DNA of 32,000 nucleotides from Flavobacteriaceae bacterium (GTDB lineage Bacteria; Bacteroidota; Bacteroidia; Flavobacteriales; Flavobacteriaceae): NCBI GenBank assembly GCA_965224465.1, contig OZ245049.1, positions 660,001 to 692,000 of the forward strand, read 5' to 3'. Shown piece by piece: positions 24,101 to 32,000 of this stretch (position 1 is its first letter; each line of letters starts with the position of its first letter). The notes under the pieces were generated by a model. It saw only the letters and a program-made list of their open reading frames with translations, ran no database searches and was not told where the DNA came from. The position numbers and the translations under genes were made by a program.

Positions 24101-26622
24101 AATGAGGTACTGAGGTACTCGCTTTTAATATCTTCAAGGGCTTTGTCTAAGGCATTTGTGATGTTGTCTTTCAAGTTTTGATACTCATCTTGATTGATAA
24201 TTTCATACTCAAATCCTGTTCTGTACTTATTTCCGCCTATTATTTTGATATATCCGTAACTTTGCAAATCATATAAATATCTGCTTAATGTTTTGGGGTT
24301 GATTCGCATTTTGGCACGTAATTCTTTAGCGTAAAAACTTTGTGAACCACTCTTTTTTAAGTGTGCTTTCAGTACTTCCAAGAAATCCCTACACGCTTTT
24401 GTTAACTCATCACTTTTTGCCAGCAGTACTGTTTTCAATAAGGTATTCGCTTGTTCTATATCTTCAAGAGTCGTTTCAATATAGCGTTGCCCTGTCTGCT
24501 TGTCGGTGCTTACCGACCGTTGGTATTGATGATAGAATGTTACCGTTTCTATAAATGCCAAATAATGGGTATTTGTTCTCAAGGGTTTAAAAACTGTTTC
24601 GGGAATATTTAATAGTGTAGCGTAGGGATTTACAACTTTTACTTTCTCTAATAACCATTGTACATCTTTTAAAAACTCTTTTGATTGGCTCTCTTCTTGC
24701 TTGTTAATTTTCCCTGCTGAACTATTTTGCTGATAACTCATAATTCCCTCTTTTTGTTCTTTTGAATTGTCTAAATAAATGAGTAAACTTCTGTTGGCAT
24801 TATCTTCATAAATCTTTTCTTTGGTGGTTGTTCCGGCTAAACAAATTGGGCCTTCTACTGTTAAGGTGATTGTTTTTAGGTTTCCTTTAGCATCTTTTAT
24901 AGGAATGGTTTTACTTATTTTTCGTTTACTCATTAACTCTCTGATAGCATACAAAATCTTATCGTCTTGTGCTCCGTCCAGATCTTCTATTAGTATCAAT
25001 TTGTTTTTGAGTTCTGTCCTATCAAAGTAGTAAAGTGCATTTTCTGATAGTGCAGTAATTTCTAATTTATGTTCTTCTGGTATCAGGTCTGCTATTTTTT
25101 CTTGTAGGTACGTTTTTCCTGTTCCACTTGCTCCAAGACTTATAATGTGTAGCGGTTGCTCTCGTAATCTGCTTGTAAAAACTAAATACATTAACAACCG
25201 ATTATCAACCTCTCCAACCATTCCAGTTTTACCGATTAAGTCATTTGTGTTTTGTAGTAAATTTTCTCCTTTCAAAAACTCAATTGCTTTTTGTTTTCTT
25301 AGCTCTGTGAGTTCTCTTAATTTCTTCTTTTGTGGCTTCTGTGAGTCAACTTGTCTTAATCTATAATCTTCTAATCCGTTTATTAACTCTGCTATGGCGT
25401 ATTGTATTTCTCTTGTTCCTAATTCTAATCTTTCGGCTACTTTTCTTGTAAATTTCTCTGTTGTATCATCATTGTATAAATCTAAATTACTTTGTCTGAT
25501 ATTATATATTGGACTTGGATTGTCGGTTCTTGTAATTCTTAAAGTGACTTTTAACTTGTCTAAACTAAATAGGTTTATCCCGCCTAAAACGGCTATTAGA
25601 ATATTATTGTTTTGGTAAGTGATGTAATCTTGGTTTTCTGTGTTCAGCTCGTTACTTACTGGTTCTGTCTGCTCTGTTACAAATTCAGTTTCTGAGCCAA
25701 ATAGGTTTTCTCTTTCACTTATTAAATGTTCTAAAATTGTAAGTTCGTGGCTCTGTACTAAACTATTTATATCTTCTCCTTGCGGACAATTAATTTTACT
25801 GATGCTTAGATTGTTGAATAGTTGATTTAATGTTTTAGAATGTTCTTGTATTGCTTTTTCACCTGCTTCATCTCCATCAAAGAAAAGTACAACTTCTTTT
25901 AAATTTTCTAACTTTAATAATGCTTGTTTGTGTTCTTCAGTTAGTCCATTTGTTCCAAACAAAGCAAGTGTTTCAAAGTTGGTGTATTTCTGAAGTGTGG
26001 CACTATCAATTATACTTTCTGTTAATATTATTACTTGCGTTTCTTTGTGTGGATATTTTGGATAAAGTCCTTTTCTGTTAGCTGTATAGTAGTGCGTTCC
26101 TGTTTTTGCTATATTTCTACCGTATAGACTTACAATTTCGTTTTGTTCGTTTTTTAAAGGGTAAATTATACAGTTTTTGAGTTGTTTAAAGTGAGTTCCA
26201 TTATTATATCCTTGTTCTAATTTCACATCATAGATTCCTCTTTCTTCTAAATACGTTATTGCTTTTTTTGTTCTGTGTAGGCTTTGTTTGAATTTCACAA
26301 ATAGCTCTGAGTAGTTAATTTCTTCCTGTATTTCTGTTGTTGCTTTGGTTGGTTTTATTTCTGCAGTACCGATTAATTCCTTTGCTTTTTTCAATGCTTT
26401 ATGTTTGGTACATTTTTCAATGTCTTGAATAAACTGTATTACATCTCCTGTTTTATCACAACCAAAACAAGTGTAAGTATTCGTTTCGGGGTAAATTCTT
26501 AAACTTGGTTTATCATCTTTATGGAAAGGACACAAACAATGCTTGTTTTTGTTGATTGAGATATTGTACTCACTTAGCACTGTTGTTATTTGCAATTGTT
26601 TTTTAATCTCTGTTATCTCCAT
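24082..26622 (-). CDS. Primase-helicase type replication protein: CHC2 zinc finger, TOPRIM, P-loop NTPase, C-terminal winged-helix-like tail (846 aa)
   Basis: CLCPFHKDDKPSLRIY...CFGCDKTGDVIQF (DnaG-type zinc finger). ILTESIIDSATL and LFFDGDEAGEKA (TOPRIM). SLGASGTGKTYL (Walker A). LILIEDLDG (Walker B). Confidence 0.85.
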   Translation of the reverse strand: MEITEIKKQLQITTVLSEYNISINKNKHCLCPFHKDDKPSLRIYPETNTYTCFGCDKTGDVIQFIQDIEKCTKHKALKKAKELIGTAEIKPTKATTEIQEEINYSELFVKFKQSLHRTKKAITYLEERGIYDVKLEQGYNNGTHFKQLKNCIIYPLKNEQNEIVSLYGRNIAKTGTHYYTANRKGLYPKYPHKETQVIILTESIIDSATLQKYTNFETLALFGTNGLTEEHKQALLKLENLKEVVLFFDGDEAGEKAIQEHSKTLNQLFNNLSISKINCPQGEDINSLVQSHELTILEHLISERENLFGSETEFVTEQTEPVSNELNTENQDYITYQNNNILIAVLGGINLFSLDKLKVTLRITRTDNPSPIYNIRQSNLDLYNDDTTEKFTRKVAERLELGTREIQYAIAELINGLEDYRLRQVDSQKPQKKKLRELTELRKQKAIEFLKGENLLQNTNDLIGKTGMVGEVDNRLLMYLVFTSRLREQPLHIISLGASGTGKTYLQEKIADLIPEEHKLEITALSENALYYFDRTELKNKLILIEDLDGAQDDKILYAIRELMSKRKISKTIPIKDAKGNLKTITLTVEGPICLAGTTTKEKIYEDNANRSLLIYLDNSKEQKEGIMSYQQNSSAGKINKQEESQSKEFLKDVQWLLEKVKVVNPYATLLNIPETVFKPLRTNTHYLAFIETVTFYHQYQRSVSTDKQTGQRYIETTLEDIEQANTLLKTVLLAKSDELTKACRDFLEVLKAHLKKSGSQSFYAKELRAKMRINPKTLSRYLYDLQSYGYIKIIGGNKYRTGFEYEIINQDEYQNLKDNITNALDKALEDIKSEYLSTSLVPQLA

Positions 26623-26730
26623 AATTTATTATTTGACTTGTAACACATATTGCAAATGTATAATATATGTTTTAAAAACATATTAATTTTGGAGTTTATT
26701 TTTGATATTGACTAAATAATCATATTTAAC

Positions 26731-26738
26731 TACCTTTG
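26731..26738 (+). promoter_or_regulatory. Candidate -7 promoter box TAccTTTG for the XRE gene
   Basis: Matches the Bacteroidota TAnnTTTG consensus 21 nt upstream of the ATG at 26759. A TTG lies about 20 nt upstream at 26708-26710. Confidence 0.3.
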
Positions 26739-26758
26739 TTGTGTTATAAAACAATAAA

Positions 26759-27121
26759 ATGAACATAGGAAAAAGAATAAAGCAAATAAGAACCTCTAAG
26801 AAGCTTTCTCAAAAAGAATTAGCTCTTTCTATCGGGATAGACCAAGGACAATATAGTAGAATGGAAAACGGAAAAGTAGAGCCTACTTTATCTTCTTTAG
26901 AGAAAATAGCAGAAGCTTTGAGTATTAAAATTGCGGAACTCTTTGACGAAAACGAACCTATTGATGTTAATAGTTATGATAAAAGTATAGTGGAAAGATT
27001 ACGCCTTTTAGACCAATTAGAAGAAACAGAAAAGGCTTCTATCTTTAACATTATTGATATGGCTATTACTAAGAAACGCTTGAAAGACACGCTTTCTAAT
27101 GCGTTAAATGGAACTATGTGA
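26759..27121 (+). CDS. XRE-family helix-turn-helix transcriptional regulator (120 aa)
   Basis: IKQIRTSKKLSQKELALSIGIDQGQYSRMENGKVEPTLSSLEKIAEAL is a classical HTH_3/Cro-CI motif. The gene is divergent from the primase gene. Confidence 0.85.
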   Translation: MNIGKRIKQIRTSKKLSQKELALSIGIDQGQYSRMENGKVEPTLSSLEKIAEALSIKIAELFDENEPIDVNSYDKSIVERLRLLDQLEETEKASIFNIIDMAITKKRLKDTLSNALNGTM

Positions 27122-27133
27122 TGTTTTATGAAT

Positions 27134-27907
27134 TTAAGAAACTTCATCTTTCAAAAAATCATAAGGTATTTCATAATTATCTAAAGGGTCAATAGGTAAT
27201 ATTTCTTTTGGAATAAGCGGAGAGTTAACTTCTACTTCTAAACCTTGCCTCCAAGCTAATTTTGCATAACCTAATGCAGGCTGAGAAACATATTTATTTA
27301 AAACTGCATTATCATTTCTCTTTTTATGAATTTTAGGACTAACTAACTCCTCTAAAAGTTCCTCACATTTAGATTCATCTTTTGACAAAAGAGCTTTGTA
27401 AAATTCATAATCGATTTTTAACTCTTGTTGATTCTTTGGTAATTTGGGCAGTGTTAAAGTTTCAATGATGTTTAGGTTTCTTTCTATTCCTTGAGTATCG
27501 TTAGCCATAAAAAACTGAATTGTATTACACCAAATAGCACTTTCGCCTTGCAATATCATTTCATCCATTGACAACTCTGAATTCTCACTTTTTTGATAGC
27601 GCAATTTTGAATACTGTTGAATTAATTGCTCGTTATCACTTAATATAGGATAACACACATTAGGTAATCCAAAATCGAATAATCTATCATTAAATTTATC
27701 TATTCTTAATTTATCTAAAAGAGTTGCATTATAAAAATATTGCCTACTGTTTTCATTCATCATTAAAGAATAAATAGCAATATCGTATTCCATAAATCTA
27801 AAATTAAGAGCAACTTTATTCAGGTTAGATTTATCATTAATAACAAGACTTAACAATTTATCTTTTCGATTTAAAGCACGCTCTATCTTCTCCTTTAACT
27901 TTATCAT
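27134..27907 (-). CDS. Putative immunity protein for small toxin b (257 aa, helix-rich)
   Basis: The start lies 2 nt after the toxin-b stop, on the same strand. Role inferred from position only. Confidence 0.55.
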   Translation of the reverse strand: MIKLKEKIERALNRKDKLLSLVINDKSNLNKVALNFRFMEYDIAIYSLMMNENSRQYFYNATLLDKLRIDKFNDRLFDFGLPNVCYPILSDNEQLIQQYSKLRYQKSENSELSMDEMILQGESAIWCNTIQFFMANDTQGIERNLNIIETLTLPKLPKNQQELKIDYEFYKALLSKDESKCEELLEELVSPKIHKKRNDNAVLNKYVSQPALGYAKLAWRQGLEVEVNSPLIPKEILPIDPLDNYEIPYDFLKDEVS

Positions 27908-27909
27908 AA

Positions 27910-28620
27910 TTAGAAGTTTGCTAATTTTATAAAATTAATCTCTCCAGTTGTCTTATCTACTACAGCAACATATTTCTGTATTGAACCATTAGATGCTGAT
28001 ATAATAGCATCAGCAGTTTGTTGTTTCAAACCTCCAAGTCCGTCTAATTTATCTGTTGCAACATAATTTATCCAGTTATCACTCATTTGAGAAGGAAGAC
28101 CTGTGTTTGTATTTGGTCCACTTAAAGATGCTGAACCACTTGAAGACATTTGTTTGCTTTCAATAATAATTATCTCTGAAGGGTTATCAATTCCACCTTT
28201 ATAATATATACCATCATATCCATTGACACCATTTGCTCCATAATATTTACCATCTGCTATTTGATATCCTTGTCCAGTCATAATATCATCTACTAATCCT
28301 TCTGTCTTAGCTCCTAAATTATCTCCATTTACAATAATATCATCAACTACATTCTTTGCAGAACTTCCATTTGTTGGTGTTATCTTATAAGCATCATTCC
28401 AAAGTGTTTTTCCAATGTTAGTCTTATTTGCTCCTCCTGGTATTTTAGCTGTAATATTCTTAAATGATGAAAGACTAAACCAGTTACTCCCTGCGTTAGC
28501 CAATTCTTCAAGCCTTTCACTACTTTTTTCAATTGAAAAAAAAGTGTCGTTTGCACTTAAATTGAGTGTCGAAAAAACACTAAGTACAACAATTAGGAAT
28601 ATTTTAAATAAGCTGTTCAC
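27910..28620 (-). CDS. Small secreted polymorphic toxin b (236 aa): shared 41-aa leader plus a C-terminal domain with a PD-(D/E)xK-like motif
   Basis: The leader is identical to toxin a. The tip contains GYDGIYYKGGIDNPSEIIIIESKQ, a D...hhhhESK pattern. Confidence 0.65.
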   Translation of the reverse strand: MNSLFKIFLIVVLSVFSTLNLSANDTFFSIEKSSERLEELANAGSNWFSLSSFKNITAKIPGGANKTNIGKTLWNDAYKITPTNGSSAKNVVDDIIVNGDNLGAKTEGLVDDIMTGQGYQIADGKYYGANGVNGYDGIYYKGGIDNPSEIIIIESKQMSSSGSASLSGPNTNTGLPSQMSDNWINYVATDKLDGLGGLKQQTADAIISASNGSIQKYVAVVDKTTGEINFIKLANF

Positions 28621-29195
28621 GGATTACAAAGATAGTTGATTTCTTAGTTTTTGTTTTTCTTCAATTGAAAAAAAAATAAACACAAAGTTTAAGGCTTGAT
28701 TTTTTGTAATTAATGCCTTATCGAAATTTTCATTTTTTAGAATAATGCTCTATGGCATTGATTATAAAAAATGAGCATCCAAGGGGTTTGGGGAATGGAA
28801 GATTCCCCATATAAATAAATCCTGCGTAGCAGACCTATTATTTTTTTTGTGCGGTTGGGAGCGTTGGATGTGTGGCTATTTTGCATAATACCAGTTATAA
28901 CTACCTGGAGTTTTTCACGCAAGAGTATTATAACTTGTATTATGTTACTTAGCTTGGGGTGGTTTTTATGGCGGATTTTTTGCTTTTGTGCGGTGGCACA
29001 GCTCTTTGGATTTTCTTTTTTTCAATTGAAAATAAAAACGATAAAAAAGAAAATACAATGTGCTGTTTTTGCGGTGGGTTGCAGAAAGTGTGACATAAAA
29101 ACCACAGAAGGGTTGGCGTGCGGAACAACATAAAGCACAAAGGCTTTTTGCTTTTTCTGCAAAAGTTTGGGTTTTATGTTGTGGGGATTGGTCGG

Positions 29196-29474
29196 TTATT
29201 TCTCTCCATAATGAGAATGTGCATTTAGTACATAAACTGTAACTATTTCTTCATTTATAGAATACACTAATCGGTGTTTATGGTTGATTCTTCTTGAATA
29301 CAATCCTTTTAAATTATGTTTCAACATTTCGGGTTGTCCTGTTCCTGTTGTTGGGTGTTCCATTAATTCAGTTAATAATTTCTGTAACTTCTTTAAAATT
29401 GATTTATCTCCTACTTTTTTATGTTTCTCAATATCTTCTAAAGCGGTTTTAGAAAATTCTAATTTATAACTCAT
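29196..29474 (-). CDS. yoeB: Txe/YoeB-family type II toxin (copy B, Arg at residue 61)
   Basis: Identical to copy A except for LYSRRINH versus LYSGRINH. Confidence 0.85.
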   Translation of the reverse strand: MSYKLEFSKTALEDIEKHKKVGDKSILKKLQKLLTELMEHPTTGTGQPEMLKHNLKGLYSRRINHKHRLVYSINEEIVTVYVLNAHSHYGEK

Positions 29475-29722
29475 AAACCTAATAATTCACTTATTTCTTT
29501 AGGTGTAGAAATGGTTTTTGTTTCTCCATTTTGAACTTCTAAAACGCTTTGTTGAATACGTTCTATCATCTTTGCATTAAAGTACATATCGTTCTCACTA
29601 ACAAGAGTTAATGCATACGATTTATCTTTCCCCCTTTGAACAATTATATACTCTCCTTTATCTACTCTTTCGAAGTATTCTTTTTGATTTTGTCTAAATT
29701 CTCTACTGCTTATAACTAACAT
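29471..29722 (-). CDS. Phd/YefM-family antitoxin (copy B)
   Basis: Identical translation to copy A at +7,569 nt. Confidence 0.8.
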   Translation of the reverse strand: MLVISSREFRQNQKEYFERVDKGEYIIVQRGKDKSYALTLVSENDMYFNAKMIERIQQSVLEVQNGETKTISTPKEISELLGL

Positions 29723-29785
29723 AATATCATATTTTGTGTACCAATATGGTACAATATACAAATAAATAAGCAAAAAGTATTCCAT

Positions 29786-30727
29786 TTACCCTAAAGGATG
29801 AAACATTTCTATTTGTTTACTCAAATTCTTCATGTCTTTATTACGGTACTTTTCTATATTTCCAACATTTTTATAACCGCTTAAATATTGGGTTTTTCTT
29901 AATCCAAATAAATCTATCCAAATGCCTATTCTTGATTGTTTGAGTTGAGTTAATCTTTTAATGTTTATTGTTGGATTCTGCTCCTTTATGGTTTTTACTA
30001 ATACTTTTAATTGCTCGTGTAAGCGTTGTTCTTTGTTGCAGTTTGGATTGAACAGTTTTTCGCTTTGCTCTGTATTTGGCTTGTTGTTTCTACCTATCCC
30101 TCTAAAATCGGTAATATAATCGTGAAAAGGAATTATCTGATTTGCTTCTAATTTTACTGTTCTGCTGTTCTTTCTTCTTACTCCTCCTGGGACTTTTATG
30201 ATTCCTTTTTTTAGATCTAAATCTTCTAATTCTAAATTCATTAAATCTTGCTTGTCCAATGCTTGAAAAATCATTAACCCCAATAGTAGTTTATTGCTGT
30301 ATTTAAAATATCCGTGTTTAGTTTTGTCTTGATAATTGGTGTAGATTTCTTGTAGTTCTTCTTCTGTTAATAAAATGATTTGCTCTTGTGCTACTCCTCT
30401 TAATCTTACATTTAAAGCAATGTTTTGTATTGCTTCTGTTGAGCTATTTAAAAGACGCTGTGCGTCTAAAAAGTGGTAATAATGTTCTATTGCTCTTAAA
30501 GTTGTATTGATACTTGTTTTTGATTTCTCTTGATTTTGTAAGTGTCCTATATAGTTTAATAACTGATTGTATTTTATCGTTTTCACGGTTAGTTTATTTA
30601 GCTGTAACCAAATTGTAAAAAGTCCTATTCTCATTATAAAATCCTTGATACATTTTTCGCTATAAAACCTATCTGTTAGCCATTTATCAAAGGCGAGAGG
30701 CTCGCTACCCAATTTATTATTTTTCAT
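29786..30727 (-). CDS. Divergent tyrosine-recombinase-like protein (copy B)
   Basis: Identical translation to 22217-23158. Confidence 0.6.
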   Translation of the reverse strand: MKNNKLGSEPLAFDKWLTDRFYSEKCIKDFIMRIGLFTIWLQLNKLTVKTIKYNQLLNYIGHLQNQEKSKTSINTTLRAIEHYYHFLDAQRLLNSSTEAIQNIALNVRLRGVAQEQIILLTEEELQEIYTNYQDKTKHGYFKYSNKLLLGLMIFQALDKQDLMNLELEDLDLKKGIIKVPGGVRRKNSRTVKLEANQIIPFHDYITDFRGIGRNNKPNTEQSEKLFNPNCNKEQRLHEQLKVLVKTIKEQNPTINIKRLTQLKQSRIGIWIDLFGLRKTQYLSGYKNVGNIEKYRNKDMKNLSKQIEMFHPLG

Positions 30728-31574
30728 CCTGTATTAATTGGCTGTCTGCCTCAGACTCTTCAAGTATGTGCGTATAAATCTGTGTACTATCTAACCTTTT
30801 ATGTCCTAAAAAATTACCAATATATTCTAACTCCATTCCTTGCTGTAAAAGATGTGTAGCAATGCTATGACGTAAACTGTGCAGGCTCGCCTGTTTTGTT
30901 ATCTCTGATTTCTTCATCAAAACTTTTAACCTGTTGTTTAAATATTGTCCTGTTACTTGTGGTTTTGATTTTCCAACTAATAAATAGTTACTATTTGGAT
31001 TGATTATTTCTCTTGCAAACTCAATATATTCTTTTAAATCTGCTATTACTTTTTTACTCATTGGAACGTATCTACTTTGGTAATTCTTAGATGGTTTTAC
31101 GTAGATTAATCCTTTGTTAAAATCGAGTTCTTTGGGTTCTAAATTAATGCCTTCTTTACTTCTTAATCCGCAACCATAGTAAATACTTAGCATTGCTTTA
31201 TCAAATAAACCACTTGGACTGTGCCCATCAATTGAAGAAAAAATACTTTTAATTTCTACTTGACTAAAGATTGTTTTTTCTGTTTTTATTTCTCTTTCTA
31301 CTATAATTTTATTGACTGCTAATTTCTGTTTCTTAGTCTTTTCTAAAAAGGCACTATATCTATTTATTACGTTAATATGACCTTGTATGTATTGTCTACT
31401 CGCTTTAGTTTGATGTAGGCCTTTTATGAAGTTTTCTATCTCTTGTTGATTAGCTTTTCTTTGATTTAAGTACTTGAAAAAGTTAGCTAATAATCTTACA
31501 TATCCTTTAATGGTACTTTCTGCATAACCCAATCTAATCAACCAATTTTCAAAGTTTTCTAATTCTGTTTTCAT
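30717..31574 (-). CDS. Tyrosine recombinase/integrase, XerC/D-like (copy B)
   Basis: Identical translation to 23148-24005. Confidence 0.85.
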   Translation of the reverse strand: MKTELENFENWLIRLGYAESTIKGYVRLLANFFKYLNQRKANQQEIENFIKGLHQTKASRQYIQGHINVINRYSAFLEKTKKQKLAVNKIIVEREIKTEKTIFSQVEIKSIFSSIDGHSPSGLFDKAMLSIYYGCGLRSKEGINLEPKELDFNKGLIYVKPSKNYQSRYVPMSKKVIADLKEYIEFAREIINPNSNYLLVGKSKPQVTGQYLNNRLKVLMKKSEITKQASLHSLRHSIATHLLQQGMELEYIGNFLGHKRLDSTQIYTHILEESEADSQLIQDEK

Positions 31575-31650
31575 AGGGGTGCCTTGCGTTTTGAGATTTG
31601 TATTGAGGTACTGACTTAACTTACTGATAATCTTTCAGTTTAGTTCCTCA

Positions 31651-32000
31651 CTAAGCTAACTGAGGAACTAATGAGGTACTGAGGTACTCGCTTTTAATAT
31701 CTTCAAGGGCTTTGTCTAAGGCATTTGTGATGTTGTCTTTCAAGTTTTGATACTCATCTTGATTGATAATTTCATACTCAAATCCTGTTCTGTACTTATT
31801 TCCGCCTATTATTTTGATATATCCGTAACTTTGCAAATCATATAAATATCTGCTTAATGTTTTGGGGTTGATTCGCATTTTGGCACGTAATTCTTTAGCG
31901 TAAAAACTTTGTGAACCACTCTTTTTTAAGTGTGCTTTCAGTACTTCCAAGAAATCCCTACACGCTTTTGTTAACTCATCACTTTTTGCCAGCAGTACTG
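31651..32000 (-). CDS. Primase-helicase, copy B; C-terminal part only, the gene continues beyond the right window edge
   Basis: The translation is identical to the last residues of the 846-aa protein. The MEVLKAH start in the ORF track is an edge artefact. Confidence 0.8.
   Translation of the reverse strand, partial: VLLAKSDELTKACRDFLEVLKAHLKKSGSQSFYAKELRAKMRINPKTLSRYLYDLQSYGYIKIIGGNKYRTGFEYEIINQDEYQNLKDNITNALDKALEDIKSEYLSTSLVPQLA

Larger units (their letters stand above)
20929..24431. repeat. Copy A of a long direct repeat (period 7,569 bp)
   Basis: Offsets 21627->29196, 22217->29786, 23148->30717 and 24082->31651 are all +7,569. Identity begins exactly at 20929/28498. One mismatch was found (21725 C versus 29294 T). 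Confidence 0.9.
28498..32000. repeat. Copy B of the long direct repeat; it runs to the window edge and probably beyond
   Basis: See copy A. Confidence 0.9.

Noticed and set aside
24342-26081. Series of 61-76 aa plus-strand ORFs (24342-24554, 24821-25030, 25145-25366, 25394-25618, 25640-25825, 25851-26081).
   Set aside because: All are antisense to the 846-aa primase-helicase ORF, which has clear motifs.
31651-31950. 99-aa ORF starting MEVLKAH, considered as a stand-alone winged-helix protein.
   Set aside because: It is the C-terminal end of the second primase-helicase copy, truncated by the window edge. The start is an artefact.
1-32000. Search for CRISPR arrays, tRNA/rRNA genes, and known defence-system signatures (restriction-modification, Cas, retron msr/msd, CBASS-like cyclases).
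   Set aside because: No regularly spaced short repeats and no cloverleaf-like or rRNA-like conserved segments were seen. The only reverse transcriptase is the group II intron RT with its own domain V/VI RNA, not a retron or DGR.

Overview
Low-GC accessory region in Bacteroidota (Flavobacteriia) style: no Shine-Dalgarno sequences, TAnnTTTG-type promoter boxes, and almost everything on the minus strand. No rRNA, tRNA or CRISPR array was seen. There are three blocks.

(1) 1-15.1 kb: a tandem array of three giant (about 1,390 aa) Sec-signal, HEXXH-containing polymorphic-toxin paralogs.
- Paralog 1 is cut by the window edge.
- The first about 455 codons are near-identical between paralogs; the rest is divergent.
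- Each complete paralog ends in a different C-terminal module with a PD-(D/E)xK-like motif, followed by a translationally coupled putative immunity gene.
- Between paralogs 3 and 2 lies a promoterless, frameshifted orphan toxin-tip cassette with its own immunity gene.
- An 18-bp island encoding ELAESW is perfectly conserved at every tip junction.

(2) 15.1-20.2 kb: an insertion graveyard.
- An IS1380-family IS sits next to the 3' end of a group II intron.
- The intron's RT/maturase ORF is split by an ISAs1-family IS with 19-bp IRs and a 10-bp TSD.
- The intron interrupts a small signal-peptide ORF.

(3) 20.2-32 kb: two head-to-tail copies (period 7,569 bp, one SNP found) of a small integrative/replicative element.
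- It carries a primase-helicase, two tyrosine recombinases, a YefM/YoeB-type TA pair and an XRE regulator.
- The repeat boundary falls inside a second, small polymorphic toxin gene, exactly after a shared 41-codon leader.
- The element therefore appears to integrate into the toxin leader and add new toxin-tip/immunity pairs.

All functional calls come from motifs read by eye in the translations. No database search was possible.
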